Part shown: positions 46,811-54,449 of the stretch, piece after piece
How positions within the stretch are numbered: position 1 is the stretch's first letter
How the letters are laid out: every line of letters begins with the position of its first letter
Source: Thermoanaerobaculaceae bacterium
GTDB lineage: Bacteria; Acidobacteriota; Thermoanaerobaculia; Thermoanaerobaculales; Thermoanaerobaculaceae
Direction: 5' to 3'
DNA: 64,000 nucleotides
NCBI GenBank assembly: GCA_041494245.1
Contig: JBGQAK010000014.1
Location: 7,664 to 71,663 of the forward strand
The notes under the pieces: generated by a model
What the model saw: only the letters and a program-made list of their open reading frames with translations
Told to the model about the DNA's origin: nothing
Database searches by the model: none
Translations under genes and position numbers: made by a program

Positions 46811-47560
46811 TCAGCGCCTCAGGTGGCCGATTGCCGCAAAGATCGCGGCGCCGAAGGCGACCGCCATCACCGCGATGCAGACGCAGCACAGGACGAACGG
46901 CAGGAACACCGCCAGGGCGGCCTTGCCCTGGGTGGTCCGGTGGGCGATGGCGATTCCGATGATCCAGAGGACGAGCGCCCAGATCCCCGCGATCATCCCG
47001 CCGCAGATGGGCACCACCTGGAAGATCTGGACCGTGCCCGCGTAGCACAGCACGCGGACGGTGGACGCGAAGCCCGTGTTCGCGCCGCCGACCAGCATCA
47101 GGAAGAGGTGCAGGATCGCCGCCCAGATGAAAATCCCGATCAGGACGAAGATCGGAGCAACGAACATGATGCCGATGCTGAAGCCCATCGGCAGGCCGAA
47201 CATGAGCTTCGGGTCGTAGCCAGGGAGGCCCGAGAGCATGCTCATGATGGCCCCCCGGAACGCCAGGCTGTACGCCTGGTTCGCGATGATCCCCAGCCAC
47301 CCGAAGATCACCGCGTAGAGCAGGGGACGGCCGAGGGTGCCGGTGAGCGACATGCGCGCGAACGCCTGGCTGGGCGCGGTGATGAAGGCCTTCGCGGTCT
47401 CGTAGAGGCCTTCAAGCGCCGGGTAGTCGGGCTGCTCCCACGGCAGCGGGGGCGCCGGCGGCACACCTCCCGTGGGAGGCGGGGGGACCGTGCCCGGCGG
47501 CTGCGGGCCGGGCGATTGCGGCGGCGCCGGGGGTGTCGACGGAGGGTACGTGTCGGCCAT
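46811..47560 (-). CDS. Yip1-domain membrane protein with Pro-rich N-terminus
   Basis: ORF 46811..47935 trimmed to MADTYPPSTPPAPP (ATG 47560) with AAGGAGG upstream. Five TM helices with Yip1/DUF1282-like pattern. Confidence 0.72.
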   Translation of the reverse strand: MADTYPPSTPPAPPQSPGPQPPGTVPPPPTGGVPPAPPLPWEQPDYPALEGLYETAKAFITAPSQAFARMSLTGTLGRPLLYAVIFGWLGIIANQAYSLAFRGAIMSMLSGLPGYDPKLMFGLPMGFSIGIMFVAPIFVLIGIFIWAAILHLFLMLVGGANTGFASTVRVLCYAGTVQIFQVVPICGGMIAGIWALVLWIIGIAIAHRTTQGKAALAVFLPFVLCCVCIAVMAVAFGAAIFAAIGHLRR

Positions 47561-47676
47561 CGTTGCCTCCTTCGTTCTCACAAGCTCGCCTGTAGTGTAG
47601 GAAGCGACAGGGGGAAAGGGAAGGGGGCAGAGCGCGAGCACGGGGGGAGGCACACAAGGGATAGGAGGCCGCAGGG

Positions 47677-47714
47677 CGGGGTGGTTCGCGCCGCCCCGTC
47701 TTTCGTGGCTTTTC
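47677..47714 (+). terminator. terminator-like hairpin plus T-rich tail on the plus strand in a divergent intergenic region
   Basis: cggggtgg-ttcgcg-ccgccccg (8 bp, one G-U) followed by tctttcgtggcttttc. Confidence 0.3.
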
Positions 47715-47870
47715 ATGCTCACTCCTTGGCCGCCGCTTGAGATTTGCACGCTCGCGGTTGCTCGGTGTAAGATTCTGCTCCCTGCCAGCGATTGCGGCCC
47801 GCGCAGGGGACCACAGAGGGAATCCTCCTTTTCAGGTGGAGCAGGTTCGCGTGCGTTCGGGAGGTAGGCC

Positions 47871-49196
47871 ATGGCTGCCAGGGTCGGGATTCGTCGCGAG
47901 GACAAAAGCCGGTGGGAACGACGGGTGCCGATCACGCCCCAGAAAGCACGTGAGCTGCGCGAGAGGTACGGGCTCGAGTTCTACGTGCAGCCCTCGCCCG
48001 CGCGGATCTTCAGGGAAGAGGAGTTCCAGCAGGCCGGTGTGCACGTGCAGGAGGACCTCTGCCCCGCCCCGGTCATCTTCGGAGTGAAGGAGATCCCACC
48101 GCAGTACTTCCAGCCCGGCAAGACCTACATTTTCTTCGCCCACGTCATCAAGGGCCAGCCCTACAACATGGCGATGCTCAAGCGCATGATGGAACAGGGG
48201 TGCAACCTCATCGACTACGAGAAGGTGACCGACGAGCGCGGGCGCCGGCTGATCTTCTTTGGCTGGCACGCGGGGGTCGTCAGCATGGTGGAGAGCCTGT
48301 GGGCGGTCGGCGAGCGCCTGAGCTGGGAGGGCATCGCCAACCCCTTCACCGGCATCCGCCACACCTACAGCTACGACACCCTGGCCGCGGCCCGCGCCGA
48401 CGTGCATGCGGCCGGCGAGCGGATCGCCTCCGAAGGGTTGCCCAGGGAACTGACGCCCCTGATCGTCGGCGTGGCTGGCTACGGCAACGTCGGCAGGGGC
48501 ATCCTGGAGCTCCTCACCGAGCTGCCGACGGTCGAGATCTCCCCGGGCGAGGTCGCGCGCGTGGCGAACGACCCCGAGGCCTCGGGGCACGTCGTCTACC
48601 AGGCGCTTTTCAAGGAGGAGCACACGGTGACGCCGAACGAGCCGGGTGCCCACTTCGACCTGCAGGACTACTACCTGCACCCCGGCAAGTACCGCTCCAC
48701 CTTCGAGCAGTACCTGCCTCACCTCACCGTGCTGATGAACGCCAACTACTGGGACGAGCGTTACCCGCGCCTGCTCACGAAGCAGGTCGCTCGCACGCTC
48801 TACGGCAACCGGCGGCGGCCGCGCCTGCGGGTGGTCGGCGACGCGAGTTGCGACATCGAGGGGTCGATCGAGTGCACCCTCAAGGCCACCGAGCCGGACG
48901 ACCCGGTGTACGTCTGGAGCCCCGACACCGGGGAAGTGACGATGGGGGTCGCCGGGGAAGGCCCTGTCATCCTGGCGGTGGACATCCTGCCCAGCGAGCT
49001 GCCTCGTGAGGCCTCGGAGTACTTCAGCGAGATCCTGGAGCCGTTCATCCCGGCGATCGCCCGGGCCGACTACACCGTGCCGTTCGAGGAGCTGGACCTG
49101 CCTTCGGAGATCGCGCGGGCGCTGATCCTGTACCACGGCAAGCTGACACCCGACTACAAGTACCTCGCCAAGCACCTCGACCCGCGGGCCGAGTGA
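47871..49196 (+). CDS. lysine-ketoglutarate reductase (saccharopine dehydrogenase, L-lysine-forming), stand-alone LKR domain
   Basis: Collinear with the LKR half of animal AASS as I remember it: RREDKSRWERRVPITP, IFGVKEIP, YIFFAHVIKGQPYNM, LIDYEKVTD, YWDERYPRLLT, GDASCDIEGSIE, DILPSELPREAS. Confidence 0.85.
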   Translation: MAARVGIRREDKSRWERRVPITPQKARELRERYGLEFYVQPSPARIFREEEFQQAGVHVQEDLCPAPVIFGVKEIPPQYFQPGKTYIFFAHVIKGQPYNMAMLKRMMEQGCNLIDYEKVTDERGRRLIFFGWHAGVVSMVESLWAVGERLSWEGIANPFTGIRHTYSYDTLAAARADVHAAGERIASEGLPRELTPLIVGVAGYGNVGRGILELLTELPTVEISPGEVARVANDPEASGHVVYQALFKEEHTVTPNEPGAHFDLQDYYLHPGKYRSTFEQYLPHLTVLMNANYWDERYPRLLTKQVARTLYGNRRRPRLRVVGDASCDIEGSIECTLKATEPDDPVYVWSPDTGEVTMGVAGEGPVILAVDILPSELPREASEYFSEILEPFIPAIARADYTVPFEELDLPSEIARALILYHGKLTPDYKYLAKHLDPRAE

Positions 49197-49276
49197 GGTT
49201 GCTGCCAGCGAGCCGATGTTGAGCGAGGCGTGTTGCGAAAGACGTGCTGCGTGAAAGATCGGACGAGGAGGACGCG

Positions 49277-50608
49277 ATGAAAAAAGTCGTCGTGTTTGGC
49301 GCAGGGTTGGTGGCCGGGGCCCACGTCAAGTACCTGCTGGAGCACTCCTACCAGGTGACCGTGGCGAGTCGGACGGTGAGCAAGGCGAGGGAGCTCGTCG
49401 GAGATCATCCCAACGGGCGGCCCGTGGCGTTCGACATCGAGAGGGAAGGGGACCAGCGGCTCGAGGAGATCGTGCGCGAGCACGACCTGGCGGTGAGCCT
49501 CCTTCCGTACGTCCACCACACCCGCGTGGCCAGGTCCTGCCTGCGGGCCCGCAAGCACATGGTCACCACCTCCTACGTCAAGCCCGAGATGCAGGCACTG
49601 GACGCGGACGCGAAGGCCCTGGGTGTGGTCCTCCTGAACGAGATCGGCGTGGACCCCGGCATCGACCACATGACGGCGATGAAGGTGATCCACCGCGTCA
49701 AGGCGGCGGGCGGTGAGATCACACGGTTCACCTCCTACTGTGGCGGGCTGCCAGCCCCCGAGGCCAACGACAATCCGTTCGGGTACAAGTTCTCCTGGAG
49801 CCCGCGCGGCGTCCTCATGGCCGGCCGCAACCCCGGGCGATTCCGCCAGGACGGCGACCTCGTCGAGGTGCCGGGCCCCGACCTGTTCCTGCACTACTCC
49901 TGCGTGCCGATCGAGGTCGATGGCAAGGTCATCCCGTTCGAGGGGTATCCCAATCGCGACAGCCTGCCCTACGCCGAGACTTACGGGATCACCTCCACCA
50001 GGACGATGTTCCGCGGCACGCTGCGCAACCAGGGGTGGTGCCCGACGCTGAAGAAGATTGCCGAACTCGGCTTGCTCGACGAGACCGGGATAGACCTCGC
50101 CGGGCTCTCCTACGCGCAGTTCATGGCCAAAGTGATCGGCAAGAAGAGCCCCCGCGGCATCAAGCAGGCGGTGGCCCGCAGGATCGGCCTCGACCCGATC
50201 AACTTCATCGTCGGCAACCTCGAGTGGTTGGGCCTGTTCAGCAGCGCGCCGCTGCCGGCCGGCTGCTCCTCGGCGCTCGACGTGATGACCGCGACCACAC
50301 TGGCCAGGATGTCCTACGCCCCCGGCGAGCGCGACATGCTCATCCTCCAGCACCGGTTCCTCGCCGAATACCCTGGCTACAAGGAGAGGATCAGCTCCAC
50401 GATGATCGACTTCGGCATCCCCGGCGGCAACTCCAGCATGAACCGCACCGTCGGGCTGCCCGCGGCCGTCGGCGTGCGCCTGATCCTGGAGGGCAAGGTC
50501 GCCTCGCGCGGCGTGCTCGTGCCGGTCCTCCCCGAGATCTACGAGCCCGCGCTCGTGGAGCTGGAGCGGCTGGGGATTCAGTTCAGCGAGAAGACCGAGA
50601 GGGTGTAA
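49277..50608 (+). CDS. saccharopine dehydrogenase (L-glutamate-forming), stand-alone SDH domain
   Basis: Trimmed to MKKVVVFGAGLVAG (ATG 49277, GGAGG upstream). GVDPGIDHMTAM, YCGGLPAPEANDNPFGYKFSWSPRGVL, EGYPNRDS, as in the SDH half of AASS. Confidence 0.88.
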   Translation: MKKVVVFGAGLVAGAHVKYLLEHSYQVTVASRTVSKARELVGDHPNGRPVAFDIEREGDQRLEEIVREHDLAVSLLPYVHHTRVARSCLRARKHMVTTSYVKPEMQALDADAKALGVVLLNEIGVDPGIDHMTAMKVIHRVKAAGGEITRFTSYCGGLPAPEANDNPFGYKFSWSPRGVLMAGRNPGRFRQDGDLVEVPGPDLFLHYSCVPIEVDGKVIPFEGYPNRDSLPYAETYGITSTRTMFRGTLRNQGWCPTLKKIAELGLLDETGIDLAGLSYAQFMAKVIGKKSPRGIKQAVARRIGLDPINFIVGNLEWLGLFSSAPLPAGCSSALDVMTATTLARMSYAPGERDMLILQHRFLAEYPGYKERISSTMIDFGIPGGNSSMNRTVGLPAAVGVRLILEGKVASRGVLVPVLPEIYEPALVELERLGIQFSEKTERV

Positions 50609-50744
50609 GAAGGGTGCGCCGCCGATCTCCGGCCATCCGCGTTGTTGCGCTCGCCACCTCGAATCCTCACATACCCTCCGGGTATGCTCTGGCTCGGCTG
50701 GCTCGCGCGCCTAGCGGCTGGCCGAACCTCGGCGGCGCGGGCCC

Positions 50745-50851
50745 GGTGTCACCTCTCACCATCGCACTCGACGGGAACGACCGCTCTGCCTGGCGCTCCG
50801 GCGATCCGGGGCCCTTCTGCCTGCAGGCCGACGATGGTGAGAGGTGGCACC
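50745..50851. repeat. 20-bp inverted repeat (19/20) separated by 67 nt, downstream of infC
   Basis: ggtgtcacctctcaccatcg (50745-50764) versus the reverse complement of cgatggtgagaggtggcacc (50832-50851). Confidence 0.6.
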
Positions 50852-50910
50852 GAGAGGCGTGGCTCGGATCGGTGTTCAAGAGCCTTGGCGCATCGGTTGG
50901 TGAGGGAAGG

Positions 50911-51442
50911 CTAGGCGGTCTTGCGCCCGGGGGCTAGGACCATCGTCAGGTCGCGCCCCTCCAGCGGGCCGGCGTCGCGCTCGAGCCGGATCAGGTCGGC
51001 GAGCTCTTCCTTGATGCGCTCGAGCACCTCGTAGCCGTTCTCCGGCCGGCGCATCTCGCGGCGCCGGAACATGATCGTGACCTTGACGTGCTTCCCCTGC
51101 TCGAGGAAGCGCTTGACCATGTTGAGTTTGGTGTGGAAGTCGTGGTCCGCGACGCCGGGTCGGAACTTGACCTCCTTGACCTCGATCTGGTGCTCCTTGC
51201 GGCGCGCCTGGCGTTCCTTCTTCTCCTGCTCGTAATGGTACTTCCCCCAGTCCATGATCTTGCAGACGATCGGGCGGGCGGTGGGAGCGACCTCCACGAG
51301 GTCGAGGTCGCGCGTGCGGGCGAGTGCGAGGGCTTCTTCTACGGGGACGATGCCGACCTGGCTCCCGTCGGCATCCACGAGGCGCACCGGCGAGAGCCGG
51401 ATCATCTCGTTGATTCTTGTGCGATCACGTTCGTCGGCGATG
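50911..51442 (-). CDS. infC: translation initiation factor IF-3, probable non-canonical ATC start
   Basis: RINEMIRLSPVRLVDADGSQVGIV...KEVKFRPGVADHDFHTKL...MVLAP. GAGGAGG lies 5 nt before ATC 51442, giving 177 aa. ORF track TTG 51516 has no SD. Confidence 0.85.
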
Positions 51443-51604
51443 TGGTCCTCCTCTGCAGGCGGATCTTCGACCCGCCACTGGCCGAGCACGCAGGCTCGAC
51501 CGGCCAAGTATAGCAAAGCAAGTGCAGGCCCGAGGGACGAGGCACGGGGCGCCGGGGACGATGGGCGGGTTCAGGAAAGGGGCCCGGCGCACTCGATCAG
51601 TATA

Positions 51605-51620
51605 TGTGAATAGTTTCACG
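51605..51620. promoter_or_regulatory. CRP/FNR-family-like palindrome TGTGA-N6-TCACG in the infC upstream region
   Basis: tgtgaatagtttcacg inside the only AT-rich island here. Adjacent minus-strand TATACT (51599-51604). Confidence 0.3.
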
Positions 51621-51679
51621 ATCTCCCGCTTCGGCCGTGCCGGCCGCCTCACCGTCCCGCAGGCTTCGGCCCCCGTGGC

Positions 51680-52144
51680 TCAAGCCTGGGCGCGCGGGTG
51701 TGCGGCGATGAGGCGGGCGTGCTCCACCTTGATGCAGCGGTTCATCACCACCGCGAGCCCGGCCGCGCGCGCCTTCTCGGCCGCGGCGTTGTGGGCCAGG
51801 CCGAGCTGCATCCACACCGCCCGCGCCCCGCGCGCAATGGCGGCATCCACGATGGCGGGGATGAACTCCGGCTTGCGGAAGATGTCCACGACGTCCATGA
51901 CGATCTCCGCCGGGATGCTCGCGAGGTCGGGGTAACTGCGCTCGCCCAGGATCTCCTCTGCGGCCGGGTTCACGGGGACGATCCGGTACCCGTGTGCCTG
52001 GAGGTAGCGCGCCACCACGTAGGAGTCACGGTCGGGCTTCTCGGAGAGCCCCACCACGGCGATCGTCCTCACCGTCCTCAGGAGCCGCTCGATCTCCTGA
52101 TCGCTGGCGTTGGAAAGCGGGAACTCGCAGCTCTGCTCGCCCAT
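51680..52144 (-). CDS. CoA-binding domain protein (YccU/YneT-like)
   Basis: Trimmed to MGEQSCEFPLSN (ATG 52144, GGAGG upstream). IAVVGLSEKPDRDSYVVARYLQAHGYRIVPVNP pattern. Confidence 0.82.
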   Translation of the reverse strand: MGEQSCEFPLSNASDQEIERLLRTVRTIAVVGLSEKPDRDSYVVARYLQAHGYRIVPVNPAAEEILGERSYPDLASIPAEIVMDVVDIFRKPEFIPAIVDAAIARGARAVWMQLGLAHNAAAEKARAAGLAVVMNRCIKVEHARLIAAHPRAQA

Positions 52145-52214
52145 CCTGACCTCCGTCACGTCCGCCAAGTATGCTCGACAACCTGCCCGCGCCACCGTGC
52201 ACGGGCCCGCACCC

Positions 52215-53402
52215 TCACCCGCCTCCCGAAACCGCCGGCCGGCGTCGGAGCACGCTCGCAGCGCCGGCGGCCGCGACGACGGCGAGCAAGGCCGCACCCA
52301 CCTGTGGGGCCGCTACTCCCCACGACCCGAGCGCCATCTCCGCCGTGAACGGCCCGACCACGCGGGCGAGGGAGGAGACGCCCTGGAACGCACCCAGCGC
52401 CATCCCCTGCTGATCGGCCGCGGCGCGGCGCGAGACCAGCGCCGTGAGGGACGGATTGACCATGCCGGCGCCAAGCGCGACGACGGGCAGCGCGGCCAGG
52501 ATCGCCCCGAGCCGATGGGCCGAGGACAGCAGAAGGAGGCCGGCGGCGGTACAGACGAGGCCGCCGATCACCAGCTTGGCCTCCCCCAGCCAGCGCGTCG
52601 CGCGGCCGACCAGACCGCCCTGCACCACGACCGCCAGCACCCCCACGTACACAAAGAGGAAGCTGACGCCCGAGTGGGGCAGGTCGAGCCGGGCGTGGAG
52701 GAACTGCGCGAAGGTCACCTCGAAAGCAGCAAACCCCGTCACCACGGCGAAGCCGATCGCGATGAGCGGGGCCAGTTCCGGGTGGCGCCACGCGAACGCG
52801 AGGCGCGTCACGCCGGAGGCCGGGACGGCACCGTTTGAGCTTACCCTCTCCGGCCGTGTCTCGGGTAGGTACAGCGCCGTCATGGCGAGCGCCACCATCG
52901 AGCACGCGGCGGCGCCCCATCCCGGCGCGGAGGTGCTCAGGGAGACCAGGAGCCCGGCGAGCGCCGGGCCGGCGATGAACCCGAGGCCGAACGCGGCCCC
53001 GATCATGCCCATCCCGCGCGCCCTTCCCTCGGGGGGTGTGGTGTCGGCGATGACCGCCTGGGCGGTGGCGATGTTCCCGCCGGCGATGCCGGCCAGCATG
53101 CGCGAGGCGAACAGCAACAGGAGCGAGTTGGCGAGCGCGAACATGACGAAACCGGCCACCGAGCCGGTGAGTGAGATCAGCAACACGGGGCGGCGCCCGA
53201 CGCGGTCGGAGATGCGTCCGAGGATCGGGGAGAAGACAAACTGCATCGCGGAGTAGGTGGCCATCAGGAAGCCGAACACCCACGGTGCGGGGTGGTAGTG
53301 ATCGGCGTACAAAGGCAAGAGCGGGATCACGATCCCGAACCCCACGAGGTCGGTGAAGACAATCAGAAAGAGGGTCGTGAGCGTGCGCCGGGGGGACTGC
53401 AT
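52215..53402 (-). CDS. MFS transporter (TetA-like drug:H+ antiporter family)
   Basis: Trimmed to MQSPRRTLTTLFLIVF (ATG 53402, AGGAGG upstream). Motif A GRISDRVGRRPVLL; 12 TM. Confidence 0.85.
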   Translation of the reverse strand: MQSPRRTLTTLFLIVFTDLVGFGIVIPLLPLYADHYHPAPWVFGFLMATYSAMQFVFSPILGRISDRVGRRPVLLISLTGSVAGFVMFALANSLLLLFASRMLAGIAGGNIATAQAVIADTTPPEGRARGMGMIGAAFGLGFIAGPALAGLLVSLSTSAPGWGAAACSMVALAMTALYLPETRPERVSSNGAVPASGVTRLAFAWRHPELAPLIAIGFAVVTGFAAFEVTFAQFLHARLDLPHSGVSFLFVYVGVLAVVVQGGLVGRATRWLGEAKLVIGGLVCTAAGLLLLSSAHRLGAILAALPVVALGAGMVNPSLTALVSRRAAADQQGMALGAFQGVSSLARVVGPFTAEMALGSWGVAAPQVGAALLAVVAAAGAASVLRRRPAVSGGG

Positions 53403-53513
53403 GGCACCTCCTGCGTCGGCAACCACTCTACCGCCATGCGGAATTCCGCGCCGCAACGTTGAGCGGGAGACCCGCCGGAATACCGGGGCCGTGCCTGCGT
53501 GTAGACTCCAGGC

Positions 53514-54449
53514 GTGCGCATCGTCTTCCTCGGAACGCCCGAGTTCGCGATCCCGACGCTCGAGGCGGTGGTGGCCGCCGGGCACGAGGTACTGCTGGTG
53601 GTCACCAGGCCCGACAAGCCGGCCGGCCGCCACATGCAGCTCACCGCGCCAGCCGTGGTGGCGGCGGCCCGCAGGCTCGGGCTCCCGCTGGCCCAACCGG
53701 ACAAGCTCGGGACCGACGACTTCGCCAACCGCCTGCGCGTGCTGTCGCCGGACGCCGCGGTGGTGGTAGCGTTCGGCCGCCTGATCTCGCCGCGCGTACT
53801 GCGCCTGACCCGCCTCGGCTTCGTGAACCTGCACCCCTCGCTGCTGCCGCGCCACCGGGGCCCGTCGCCGATCGAGTCGGCGATCCTCACCGGTGATGCC
53901 CAGACCGGCGTGACCACGATGCTGCTCGACGAAGGTATGGACACCGGCCCGATCCTGCTGCAGCGCACGACGCCGATCGGGCCGCGGGAGCACACGCCCG
54001 AGCTCGAGGCGCGCTTGGCCCGGTTAGGCTCCGAACTGGTGGTCGAGACGCTGGCTGGCCTGGCGGACGGGAGCGTGGTCCCGAAGCCGCAGGACAGCGC
54101 CCTCGCGACCGAAACGAGCAAGCTCGATCGCAAGATGGGGCGCATCGACTGGAGCGCGAGCGCGGACGAGCTGGCCCGCCGTGCCCGCGCCTTCGACCCC
54201 TGGCCCGGGCTCTTCACCAACTTCCGCGGCCTGCGCCTCAAGGTGCACGGCCTGGAGGAGGGTACGGCGAGGCCAGGTGACGAGGAGGCGGGTACGGTGC
54301 TCGCGGTGACGAGCGAGGGGATCGCGGTGCGGTGCGGGGGCCCAAGCGTGGCGCTCGTCACCGAGGTGCAGCGCGAGGGCAAGCGGCGTCTTCCCGCCGA
54401 CGCCTTTATCATCGGAGAACGGGTTGCGCCCGGAGAGCGGCTCCTCTGA
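53514..54449 (+). CDS. fmt: methionyl-tRNA formyltransferase
   Basis: VRIVFLGTPEFA, HPSLLPRHRGPSPI; GTG start. Confidence 0.93.
   Translation: MRIVFLGTPEFAIPTLEAVVAAGHEVLLVVTRPDKPAGRHMQLTAPAVVAAARRLGLPLAQPDKLGTDDFANRLRVLSPDAAVVVAFGRLISPRVLRLTRLGFVNLHPSLLPRHRGPSPIESAILTGDAQTGVTTMLLDEGMDTGPILLQRTTPIGPREHTPELEARLARLGSELVVETLAGLADGSVVPKPQDSALATETSKLDRKMGRIDWSASADELARRARAFDPWPGLFTNFRGLRLKVHGLEEGTARPGDEEAGTVLAVTSEGIAVRCGGPSVALVTEVQREGKRRLPADAFIIGERVAPGERLL

Noticed and set aside
50609-50910. Expected rpmI-rplT (L35/L20) genes downstream of infC, and ORFs 50642..50914 (+) and 50667..50879 (-).
   Set aside because: No Lys/Arg-rich L35-like or L20-like frame is present. The listed ORFs are compositional artefacts, and the region is treated as non-coding.
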